A model generated the notes under the pieces. It was not told the DNA's origin, did no database searches, and saw only the letters and a program-made list of their open reading frames with translations. The position numbers and the translations under genes were made by a program. A DNA stretch of 64,000 bases. Source: a virus. The stretch lies in the IMG/VR virus record IMGVR_UViG_3300023179_000013, positions 1-64,000 of that record. The stretch is one strand, 5' to 3'. This document shows, piece by piece, positions 8,106 through 16,150 of the stretch (positions are counted from its first letter, which is position 1; each line of letters starts with the position of its first letter).

Positions 8106-8762
8106 ATGAAAGTAATAGAAAAGCCGTTTATAATTCGTGATGAGCAAATAGGGACATTTTTGGCGTATGAGGAAATTGAGCCGGAACTGCTCGTCACTCC
8201 CCAAACAGAAAGATACTCGCGTGTGCTCCCAGCACCGTTTTTTTATGAAAAGCGTTTATATTTTGGTTTAATCAAGCGATATGAGCCAGGTGAAAAACCC
8301 TCTTTTCCTAACGGTGGATTTGAGGTACGAGATGAGAGTGGGGCTGTTCGCTCCTATGATCTGGATCAAGTTATTATCCATCCCCAGGTGATCAAGCACC
8401 GTAAAACATTAGATAAAATGGCTCGCCGCGCGGAGAAGGAAGCCAAGAAGCGCGAGCGTCAATGGAAAAAAGCAGCGCGCGAAGCCAAACCTAAAAACAA
8501 GACCGGTAAGCGTGGGCGTCCAGCTTTGGATCCGGCGGTTAAAGCCGCTCGAGAGACAGAGATGGCTGCTCGATCTTTGCGATCAGGTGGAAAGAGAGGA
8601 CGCCCTAAGAGTGGGGTGTCGACACCTAAGATCCCCAAGACCACTGGAGGAAAGCGGGGACGTCCCGCCCTCTCCCCTGAAGCGATAGCTGCGAAGGCGC
8701 AAGCGAAAGCGGTTATTCGCTCCAGATCAGGTGGGAAGAGAGGAAGACCTAAACGCAAATAA
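8106..8762 (+). CDS. multi-AT-hook DNA-binding protein
   Basis: Four GKRGRP motifs in a basic C-terminal half; start 8106 after promoter 8063. Confidence 0.75.
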   Translation: MKVIEKPFIIRDEQIGTFLAYEEIEPELLVTPQTERYSRVLPAPFFYEKRLYFGLIKRYEPGEKPSFPNGGFEVRDESGAVRSYDLDQVIIHPQVIKHRKTLDKMARRAEKEAKKRERQWKKAAREAKPKNKTGKRGRPALDPAVKAARETEMAARSLRSGGKRGRPKSGVSTPKIPKTTGGKRGRPALSPEAIAAKAQAKAVIRSRSGGKRGRPKRK

Positions 8763-8829
8763 ATTTGGTCCAGGCAAAATCAAGTCGTAGATTTAAGTAT
8801 TAATAATTAAAACAAATAAAAAACAGGTT

Positions 8830-9075
8830 ATGTCAAATTCAGAAAAAAGCGCAAAGCGCGGTCGTCCAACAATTGAAGGTTCTGCTCGCCAAGCAAAACT
8901 CGCTGCTAAAGCAGCCAAATTGGCTAATGGTGAAAGCATTTCCCGTGGTCGTCCTTCAAACCCTCAGAGCAAAAGGCAAGCACGTCTTGCGGCTCAGCAA
9001 GCCCGTGCGGCTGCTGGTTTGGAGATTAAAGTAGGTCGCCCTAAAAAAGTGGCTACTGAGGCTGTAAACGCCTAA
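8830..9075 (+). CDS. small AT-hook protein
   Basis: KRGRP, SRGRP and VGRP separated by Ala-rich helices. Confidence 0.75.
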   Translation: MSNSEKSAKRGRPTIEGSARQAKLAAKAAKLANGESISRGRPSNPQSKRQARLAAQQARAAAGLEIKVGRPKKVATEAVNA

Positions 9076-9094
9076 TTTTCGACCACACAACCCC

Positions 9095-9165
9095 AAGATC
9101 CTGCTTTCAGTTCTTCTATCGTTATGAAACACTAACGCTCTAGTTGGAAGGCAGGATCTTTTTCT
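9095..9165 (+). terminator. long-loop hairpin with T-tail overlapping the next promoter
   Basis: AAGATCCTGCTTTC (9095-9108) pairs with GAAGGCAGGATCTT (9147-9160), then TTTCTT. Confidence 0.5.
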
Positions 9166-9193
9166 TATCTTTATGGTAATTAAAAATTAAAAT

Positions 9194-9403
9194 ATGAAAT
9201 TAGTATCAAAATTAACTCAGACAATTAACGATTACCAGTTAGAAATTAACGGTAAAGAGTATTATTACAAAGAGTATTTGGATGATAGTGGGAAAGTGAT
9301 CGATGACGAATTGTCAGATGGAGACAGTTTAGTGATTGAGGATGAAAATCTTATCGAGCAAGTGAGAGAGTTTGTTGATCAAAATACTTCCTATTATCTT
9401 TAA
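9194..9403 (+). CDS. small acidic early protein
   Basis: Promoter 9150. Confidence 0.7.
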   Translation: MKLVSKLTQTINDYQLEINGKEYYYKEYLDDSGKVIDDELSDGDSLVIEDENLIEQVREFVDQNTSYYL

Positions 9404-9423
9404 TCAAATAAAATTAAAAGCAA

Positions 9424-9627
9424 ATGAAAAACTATTTAGAAGCAATTTTGGATTTAATTACACTTGTTTGGTTTGGTGAGCGTGTACCTGGAGAACCAGT
9501 TAAACCACCCACCTTCAAAACCACCGTCCCAGACGATCAGCCCAGCGAGTATGAGTGGAATCAGATGTTTCGAGTGAGTTCACTTCATGGAGTGAATCAA
9601 AGAGTGTTTTTTGAGTCAAGACGATAA
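9424..9627 (+). CDS. small early protein
   Basis: A-rich leader; promoter variant 9378. Confidence 0.65.
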   Translation: MKNYLEAILDLITLVWFGERVPGEPVKPPTFKTTVPDDQPSEYEWNQMFRVSSLHGVNQRVFFESRR

Positions 9628-9661
9628 TTGTATCTTCACTTAAACAAAAAATTAAAAAGTT

Positions 9662-10078
9662 ATGGCTACAAGATCTTACATCGGAGTTAGAAACACAGAC
9701 GGAACAGTTGATTATATCTATTGCCACTTTGATGGCTATCCAGAGCACAACGGTGAAATTCTCACTGAATATTATACTAATATGGATAAGGTCAAGAAGT
9801 TAATGGGATTGGGTGATTTGAGTATATTGGGAATTGAGATTGGTGAGAAGCAGGATTTTGAAGATTGGAATAATAGAAATAAGAATTGGTGTTTGGCTTA
9901 TGGGCGTGATAGAGGTGAAAGTGGAGTTGAGGTAAAGACAGTTGATTATAGTGAGTTGATTAAGAATCAGAGTGTTGATTATGTGTATGTGTTTGATGGT
10001 GATTATTGGGAGTGTTTTAATACTTATGATCCCAACAAACTTATTGATTTATATAATTCAGTATCTTCGGGTACGTAA
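9662..10078 (+). CDS. conserved phage hypothetical protein (MATRS...IYCHFDGYP family)
   Basis: YCHxDGYP motif common in phage early proteins. Confidence 0.75.
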   Translation: MATRSYIGVRNTDGTVDYIYCHFDGYPEHNGEILTEYYTNMDKVKKLMGLGDLSILGIEIGEKQDFEDWNNRNKNWCLAYGRDRGESGVEVKTVDYSELIKNQSVDYVYVFDGDYWECFNTYDPNKLIDLYNSVSSGT

Positions 10079-10138
10079 AGACGGTTCATACTTTTAATTT
10101 TTAATTTCGGCCTGGGGTTTCCACCCCGGGCCTTGTTT
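10076..10138 (+). ncRNA. candidate antisense small RNA with terminator
   Basis: TATCTTCG box at 10062, then ACGGTTCATACTTTTAATTTTTAATTTC (reverse complement of a leader plus ATG), then hairpin GGCCTGGGGT-TTCC-ACCCCGGGCC-TTGTTT. Confidence 0.45.
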
Positions 10139-10181
10139 GTCAAGACTAACAGCGTATATTCACGTTATAAAATTAATAAGT

Positions 10182-10457
10182 ATGAATAAGAAAGAAATTA
10201 GAAACGCAATTAACAAAGCAGCCTATCAGTTCGCTGAATCATTAGGCTATCAGATAGCAGACGATAATGATGGTTCCTCAGTTACGTTCTATAAAGATGG
10301 CTCCGGTGTAGACAATACAATTGAATGGGCTCGCTCGTATCATGAGACATGTGTCTTGAACTGGGCGGACGCTCAGACCAAAGCAGATGCTGATGCTATA
10401 GACGCCCATATGAAACCAATAATCGAACATTATAAGGGTCAGTACGTGGCAAGATAA
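10182..10457 (+). CDS. early hypothetical protein
   Basis: Start 10182 after promoter 10139. Confidence 0.7.
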   Translation: MNKKEIRNAINKAAYQFAESLGYQIADDNDGSSVTFYKDGSGVDNTIEWARSYHETCVLNWADAQTKADADAIDAHMKPIIEHYKGQYVAR

Positions 10458-10490
10458 GCCACTTACATTTACGGTATAAAATTAAAGCAT

Positions 10491-10682
10491 ATGAATATAA
10501 GACAGTACAGAGAAATGGAACGTCAAGCCGAAGTGGTGACACTGGTAGACGACAAGTTGAAGGAATTGAAGTGTGTGGATGGATTCTATTACATAGGGGA
10601 TCTGATAGATGTGGATGGAAACCCGTGGGTGGAGAGAGATCAAGCGATCCAGATTATCAGACAGGTAAATAAGAAATATTGA
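10491..10682 (+). CDS. early hypothetical protein
   Basis: Promoter 10448. Confidence 0.7.
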   Translation: MNIRQYREMERQAEVVTLVDDKLKELKCVDGFYYIGDLIDVDGNPWVERDQAIQIIRQVNKKY

Positions 10683-10699
10683 GGCGGGTCAAAACATGG

Positions 10700-10735
10700 C
10701 TCATATATTCACGTTATAAAATTAAAACGTATGAA
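10700..10735 (+). repeat. 36-nt exact direct repeat, copy 1 (promoter, leader and ATG)
   Basis: CTCATATATTCACGTTATAAAATTAAAACGTATGAA, identical at 11071-11106. Confidence 0.9.
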
Positions 10736-11048
10736 AAAGTATTTAACACCAGAATCCATTTACAAACAAGAACGTCAAATCAAAGACGCAGTATGGGTAA
10801 ACAAACAGTTTATCTTAACCCAACAAGAAGTATTAGATATACTTAATGCATCTAAATGTAGATATAGAAAACAAACATTAATGAGAACCAAAGCATTAGA
10901 ACTTATAGAGCAATTTAAAGTATTAGTTACTCCTAAGGTATGGAAAGATTGGGTTAACTGGAATGAGGGAGATGATAGAATATCTAACATAATAAACCTA
11001 TTCCATGAAATGTATAGTAATGGAAATTTATTAAAATTGAATAAATAA
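10731..11048 (+). CDS. early hypothetical protein
   Basis: Promoter 10688. Confidence 0.7.
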   Translation: MKKYLTPESIYKQERQIKDAVWVNKQFILTQQEVLDILNASKCRYRKQTLMRTKALELIEQFKVLVTPKVWKDWVNWNEGDDRISNIINLFHEMYSNGNLLKLNK

Positions 11049-11070
11049 AGCAAGGCGAGTCAAAACTCGC

Positions 11071-11106
11071 CTCATATATTCACGTTATAAAATTAAAACG
11101 TATGAA
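11071..11106 (+). repeat. 36-nt exact direct repeat, copy 2
   Basis: Identical to 10700-10735. Confidence 0.9.
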
Positions 11107-11275
11107 TACAGAAACAACCCCGTTATTTATTGCAATTAGTAATTTTAATATTAATAACCCACTGGCTGAGAAGCGAATCCCATTCACAGGTACGTGGAGT
11201 GAAGCACGGGAGGAGGTATTAAAGATCAGAGCTGAAAACCCAAAGTGGCATGTAGGAATAGTGATGCCATGTTAA
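11102..11275 (+). CDS. 57-aa hypothetical protein (not in ORF track)
   Basis: MNTETTPLFIAISNFNINNPLAEKRIPF...GIVMPC behind promoter 11059. Confidence 0.65.
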   Translation: MNTETTPLFIAISNFNINNPLAEKRIPFTGTWSEAREEVLKIRAENPKWHVGIVMPC

Positions 11276-11335
11276 AATAAATAGGGCGGGGCATAGCCCC
11301 GCTCGTATATTCACGTCATAATAAAATTAAAACGT

Positions 11336-11560
11336 ATGACAGTTAAAGCACAGCAGTTTATCGATTTGCAAACCCGAGTAAATAACCTGATCGAGTCCCT
11401 CGATGCACCGAATGATCAACTGGTACAGTTGACTGGTGAGCTCGAGTTATTGGGCGATAGCCTGAATGAAGACGAGATCCATGAGGTGTGTGAGTGGTAC
11501 AGCGCAAATAATAATGATAGCGAGATGTACTATGAAGATGTCGAGTGGATGGTCAATTGA
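11336..11560 (+). CDS. small acidic early protein
   Basis: Promoter 11290. Confidence 0.7.
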   Translation: MTVKAQQFIDLQTRVNNLIESLDAPNDQLVQLTGELELLGDSLNEDEIHEVCEWYSANNNDSEMYYEDVEWMVN

Positions 11561-11580
11561 TCCAGATCCCACGTATGTAC

Positions 11581-11618
11581 AAAAAAGGGCGCGCGGCACA
11601 AAAAGCCGCGCGTCTTTT
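11581..11618. terminator. GC-rich, probably bidirectional terminator
   Basis: AAAAAAGGGCGCGCGGC-ACAAAAA-GCCGCGCGTCTTTT. Confidence 0.7.
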
Positions 11619-11917
11619 AGTCGATGTCGGGCCGCGCGCGGACGATGGCGATATGATGGCGATCTGATCGCGGTCTGCTCCCACGCCAATTGCGGTCCAT
11701 CGACGGGGCGGCAAAAAAATTTTTGCACTATATGTATTCTCAACACGAACACGACCTTTACCCATCGACAGTATATACGCATATCCCCCACAACATAATC
11801 ACATTTTCGACTTAACCCTTTTGCGTATAAATTGTAAAGCTCCAACCCCTCCTCTTAACACATCTTTTTTGTATAGGCAAAGTATATACAATATCTTCGT
11901 GTTGAATATGTATTGAT

Positions 11918-12100
11918 ATGGAACAGAAAAAATATATACCAGACTCATTAATGTTAACCAAAGAGGCACTCGAACAATATGCGCGTGATTTACGTGAACA
12001 ACGTGCTAAAGAATATGGTATAACATTAGAACAATGGGAAGCCGCTATCGTTAGTGGTAGTATTGTACAAACCCCTAACCCTAATACACAACAACAATGA
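11918..12100 (+). CDS. small hypothetical protein
   Basis: Promoter 11876. Confidence 0.65.
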   Translation: MEQKKYIPDSLMLTKEALEQYARDLREQRAKEYGITLEQWEAAIVSGSIVQTPNPNTQQQ

Positions 12101-12600
12101 GTGTTCGCGAAATTATCCGCATTACTCAGGAACAAGCACATTATTATCAACCGCTAATTAGTAGTCGATATACCTCAGAACAACTATGTGAAAAAGCTAC
12201 TGCTTTTACACTTACATCGGACCCAGATGATCCTCGCTGGGATGTTGTTACTTATTATCAAGATTCTCCATTCTCCCAAGACGGTTCTCTTCTCCCCACC
12301 GAATTCGTCTATGTACTCGTTAATGCTTCTTGCCCCGGAATGGTAAAGATTGGTATGACAGTGCGAGATGTCGATACACGAGCAAAAGAAGTCTCAGGTG
12401 CTACGGGCGTTCCTACACCATGGGTTCCGATTTATTCATTTAAATGTTTTAATTCATATAAATTAGAGCAAGAATTACACGAATATCTTGATTCTGTACG
12501 TGTAAGTGGCAATCGTGAGATGTTTTATATGACATCAATTGATGCTGTTAAAATTGTTGAACAATTAGGCGCTAAATATACTATTCACTCAAACGATTAA
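12097..12600 (+). CDS. T5orf172/MUG113-type GIY-YIG domain protein
   Basis: FVYVLVN...MVKIGMT...R...TGVP...LEQELH...NREMF. Confidence 0.8.
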   Translation: MSVREIIRITQEQAHYYQPLISSRYTSEQLCEKATAFTLTSDPDDPRWDVVTYYQDSPFSQDGSLLPTEFVYVLVNASCPGMVKIGMTVRDVDTRAKEVSGATGVPTPWVPIYSFKCFNSYKLEQELHEYLDSVRVSGNREMFYMTSIDAVKIVEQLGAKYTIHSND

Positions 12601-12611
12601 AATTAAATAAA

Positions 12612-12848
12612 ATGAAAAGGTTTTCGATCAATCAACTTATCCACTTTATGTTTACAATCGCAATTTTTGTTCTTTTTTGCGTTTCTATCACTCGTTTTAC
12701 TAAGTACCTAACGTACGATCAAGATGCTTATAATGTTATTTCATTATGGGTATTGACTGCTGTGTCATATGTTGTTGCTTTTAAGTATTTTGTTCGCCAT
12801 ATGGTTGGTATATACGTAGGTATGGATGCTACGGAGGGTCACTCGTAA
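12612..12848 (+). CDS. two-TM membrane protein
   Basis: Two hydrophobic helices. Confidence 0.6.
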   Translation: MKRFSINQLIHFMFTIAIFVLFCVSITRFTKYLTYDQDAYNVISLWVLTAVSYVVAFKYFVRHMVGIYVGMDATEGHS

Positions 12849-12881
12849 TTTAAACGGGTTGTTTCTTTGTTATATTTATAC

Positions 12882-13124
12882 ATGATGAAAACCTACAAAA
12901 TTAAACTCGAAGATAAAGCTGCATTTCTTAACCGCCTCGATAAAGTAGGTGTTAAGGTTGACAGCTATGAAATTACTGATGATAAGTTAAAAGGTTATTT
13001 TGAATTTACTACTACTGATCCAGTTACGGATAATATTGTAAAAACTATTTTAAAGCAATCTCCTAAGATTAATCAGTTAAAAGAATTGTTACGTAAAATT
13101 GTTCGTGAAGAACTCTTAAAGTAA
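12882..13124 (+). CDS. small protein with C-terminal LRKIVREEL tag
   Basis: ATATTTAT at 12872; C-terminus QLKELLRKIVREELLK. Confidence 0.65.
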   Translation: MMKTYKIKLEDKAAFLNRLDKVGVKVDSYEITDDKLKGYFEFTTTDPVTDNIVKTILKQSPKINQLKELLRKIVREELLK

Positions 13125-13249
13125 ATTTGGAAGTATGAAATTTTTCCTGTAACTTCAACCTACGAGCGGTTTGAAAGGTTGAGGGGAAAAGAGAAATAAA
13201 ATAGGTGGGGGAACGGAAAGAATCATATATTTATATATAAACATATATT

Positions 13250-13450
13250 ATGCGTTATAAAAACAACGTTTTAGACAAGTTAAATCAAGCAGATGCTTTA
13301 ATTAATCGTTTGGCTGTTCAATTAAATAGAAATGTATCACGTGAAGAAGTTCTTGAAACTCTTACTTCATTAAAAGAGCAAATTGAAACTACTCGTGAAA
13401 TGGTTTCTATTGAATTTGATGATTTTGCACAACAATTTTCGGGACAATGA
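13250..13450 (+). CDS. small helical hypothetical protein
   Basis: ATATTTAT at 13227. Confidence 0.7.
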   Translation: MRYKNNVLDKLNQADALINRLAVQLNRNVSREEVLETLTSLKEQIETTREMVSIEFDDFAQQFSGQ

Positions 13451-13725
13451 GTATAGTAATTTGGGTTATAATAGTACATTTAATTGAACTTGCTTTAATA
13501 GGTGGTTATCTACTTATTAGAAAAAACAATGCACTTGAAAAAGTAGTAGCTAATCAACAACAATACATCAATGCTATTAGTATTGTAATTAATGACTCAA
13601 GTGAAACTATTAAACAACTAGATGCTCAAGGTGCATTTGAAGCTGATGATGAAGTAGGTACTTTCTTTAGAAATTTAAAAGAAATACAAACCATCTTAGA
13701 CCAATTTAATACTAACAAAAACTAG
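13447..13725 (+). CDS. membrane-anchored protein (FEADDEVGTFF motif)
   Basis: N-terminal TM helix followed by coiled coil. Confidence 0.7.
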   Translation: MSIVIWVIIVHLIELALIGGYLLIRKNNALEKVVANQQQYINAISIVINDSSETIKQLDAQGAFEADDEVGTFFRNLKEIQTILDQFNTNKN

Positions 13726-13776
13726 TTTGGTTACGATATTTTTTGTTTTTATATTGGATATTAAACATTAAATATC

Positions 13777-14559
13777 ATGTCACATCACTACGATACCGAT
13801 TTAGATACATACTTAGATAGTGAATTAGGTAAAGTTGCTTTAACTAAGCGTGGTCAACCACGTAAACGCAAACCTAAAGAACCCCGCATTTATTTTACTC
13901 AAGATACTGAGGATGCTATTATTGAATATTTAGCTTCTGAAGATCAAGACTTCCGTAATCGACTTTATAAGGACCGTGTTGAATATGCCTTTTATAAATT
14001 GGCTGAAAATATTATTCATACATTTAAGTTCTACTATACCGATTCAGATACGATTGAGGAGTTAAAACACGAAGTAGTTACCTTCTTACTTGAAAAGCTT
14101 CACCTTTATGATCAATCTAAGGGTAAAGCTTATTCTTATTTTGGCACTATTGCCAAACGCTATCTTATCATCTATAATAATAATAACTACAAGAAACTAC
14201 AAGAGCGTGCTGATGTAGAAGAAATAGATGAAGATAAAAACATATTATACGAAACCGTTCGTGAAGCTGAAGAACAAACAGACCCTAATACTTTTATTGA
14301 TCAGTATGTACGTTATGTAGATAAACACCTATATCATTTATTTCCTAAAACTCAGGATGCTAGAACGGCTGATGCTATTATGGAATTATTTCGCAAACGC
14401 GAAACATTAGAAATTTTTAATAAAAAAGCATTATATATCTATATTCGTGAAATTACTGATACTACCACCCCCCAGATTACTAAGGTAACTAAGAAGTTGG
14501 ATACATTGCGTACTAAATTATACAATGAATATTATCAGCACGGATATATAAGGATTTAG
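13777..14559 (+). CDS. phage-encoded sigma factor (T4 gp55-like, late transcription)
   Basis: Sigma region-2-like LHLYDQSKGKAYSYFGTIAKRYLI; IYF..EDAIIEY N-terminus; host-type promoter upstream. Confidence 0.7.
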   Translation: MSHHYDTDLDTYLDSELGKVALTKRGQPRKRKPKEPRIYFTQDTEDAIIEYLASEDQDFRNRLYKDRVEYAFYKLAENIIHTFKFYYTDSDTIEELKHEVVTFLLEKLHLYDQSKGKAYSYFGTIAKRYLIIYNNNNYKKLQERADVEEIDEDKNILYETVREAEEQTDPNTFIDQYVRYVDKHLYHLFPKTQDARTADAIMELFRKRETLEIFNKKALYIYIREITDTTTPQITKVTKKLDTLRTKLYNEYYQHGYIRI

Positions 14560-14565
14560 GGACAT

Positions 14566-14573
14566 ATATTTAT
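14566..14573 (+). promoter_or_regulatory. putative late promoter ATATTTAT (representative)
   Basis: Also just upstream of genes at 1691, 12872, 13227, 17473, 20715, 27524, 33178, 37118, 41596, 48527, 50482, 52102, 54025 and 59548. Confidence 0.6.
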
Positions 14574-14588
14574 TGGTAAACGCGATTT

Positions 14589-14984
14589 ATGGCTAATTTT
14601 GACGATATAAAACTATTCGGTGATACATCATTATCGGATATTTTTAAGCAAGCCCACAAACGTACTAAAGATACTGATAGGCAAATTAATGATCTTATTG
14701 AAACATTAAAACCTCTTGCATCATCTAACGCGGGTTCTGCTGTTATGCTTATGCCTACTGTTAAGGATTTAATTGATGTTAACGTAAAAAATAACGAGCA
14801 GTTAATTAAAATGGCAGGTATAGCACAACGTGCTGCTACTTCTAATGCTAGTAATAATCCTAGTGATTTCTTTGATCCATCTGAAATTCAACAATTAATT
14901 GAGGAGCAACGTATTATTCAAATAGACGGGCAAAAATTAATTGAACAAACTGAAACTATTCAACACCAAATTAAGAATAAATAA
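14589..14984 (+). CDS. conserved hypothetical helical protein
   Basis: First gene after a late motif; function not recognised. Confidence 0.7.
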   Translation: MANFDDIKLFGDTSLSDIFKQAHKRTKDTDRQINDLIETLKPLASSNAGSAVMLMPTVKDLIDVNVKNNEQLIKMAGIAQRAATSNASNNPSDFFDPSEIQQLIEEQRIIQIDGQKLIEQTETIQHQIKNK

Positions 14985-16150
14985 TGGCTAGGATCAGAGA
15001 AAATTTAGGTTTACTCACAGCTGCTTCTACTAAAACTGCTCCTGTTACTTCTCCTCGTCCCCAAATAGGAAAAGTATATGGTGTTGTATTAGATGAAAGT
15101 ACTCCTTCAAAAGAAGATTTTGATAGAGTAGGAGGATGGACAGGAATAGGTACAGTTTTTTATTTACCTTATGAACAATCAAAGAATATAGATAGTATTG
15201 ATTTAAAAAAATGTAAAATAGCTCGTCCTTTTTTCGCTAGTACACAAGATTATCCTCTAATAGGAGAATTAATATTATTAACAGAAGGTCCAACTGCTAT
15301 AAGTCAACTTGCTAGTAATTTATCACAGAAATATTATATAGGAGTAGTTAATATATGGAATAATAATCAACAAAATTCCCCCTCAACTTCTCTACTAGGA
15401 AAAACATTTTCTGAAAACTCAGATATAAGACCTTTACTTGCTTTTGAAGGAGACAGAATACATCAAGGTAGAAAAGGAAATGGTATTAGATTTGGAAGCA
15501 CAGTAAAACTTAAATCTAATATAAATGAGTGGAGTAGTATAGGCAATGATGGTGATCCTATTACTATTATGGTAAATGGATATGTTACTACAGATACGAA
15601 TTCTTTGGCTCCTAATATTGAAGAAATAAATAAAGAGATGTCTTCTATTTATATGACATCTACTCAAACTATCCCTTTAATTCCGGGAGCTAGTATAATT
15701 AATCCAATAAATCCTTCTTTAGCACCTAGTAAATATGTTGATTCTCAAGTAATATTAAATAGTGATAGAGTAACTATTAATTCTAAAAAGGATGAAGTAT
15801 TATTATTTGCTAAAACAAATTTAGAACTTAATACTGACAATATTATTAATTTAAATGCAGGTCAATATATTCATCTTAATACAGGAAAAATATTATTAGG
15901 TACAAAATCAGATAATACAGTACCCGATGAACCTGTGTTATTAGGTGGTCAAACACATGATTTATTACTAGAAGTGTGTAATACACTACAACGATTAGCA
16001 GGATATCTCGCCTCAGCTACTGCTGTGAGCTCAGATGGAGCACTACCTATACCAGCTGTTAATGATGGGGGAACTCAATTATTTAATGATGTAACTAATT
16101 TAATAGATAAATTAGGAACTATCCAATCAGATAAAGTATTTACAGTATAA
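14984..16150 (+). CDS. baseplate central spike/hub (gp5-like)
   Basis: OB-fold-like N-terminus (YPLIGELI), beta-repeat ILNSDRVTINSKKDEVLLFA, EPVLLG; position near gp25/gp6. Confidence 0.6.
   Translation: MARIRENLGLLTAASTKTAPVTSPRPQIGKVYGVVLDESTPSKEDFDRVGGWTGIGTVFYLPYEQSKNIDSIDLKKCKIARPFFASTQDYPLIGELILLTEGPTAISQLASNLSQKYYIGVVNIWNNNQQNSPSTSLLGKTFSENSDIRPLLAFEGDRIHQGRKGNGIRFGSTVKLKSNINEWSSIGNDGDPITIMVNGYVTTDTNSLAPNIEEINKEMSSIYMTSTQTIPLIPGASIINPINPSLAPSKYVDSQVILNSDRVTINSKKDEVLLFAKTNLELNTDNIINLNAGQYIHLNTGKILLGTKSDNTVPDEPVLLGGQTHDLLLEVCNTLQRLAGYLASATAVSSDGALPIPAVNDGGTQLFNDVTNLIDKLGTIQSDKVFTV

Noticed and set aside
10139-11338. CRISPR-like array suggested by 36-nt repeats
   Set aside because: The intervening sequences are 170-330 nt intact ORFs, the repeats contain promoter and ATG, and no cas operon is present.
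11447-11845. Overlapping ORFs across the GC-rich island (11447-11845 -, 11466-11798 +, 11553-11765 -)
   Set aside because: They are open because the region is GC-rich and poor in stop codons; they cross a strong terminator and lack the conserved leader.
4672-12815. Recurring TATATACG word (near 4674, 7132, 11772, 12809)
   Set aside because: Few copies in an AT-rich genome and no consistent position relative to genes; it cannot be separated from chance by eye.
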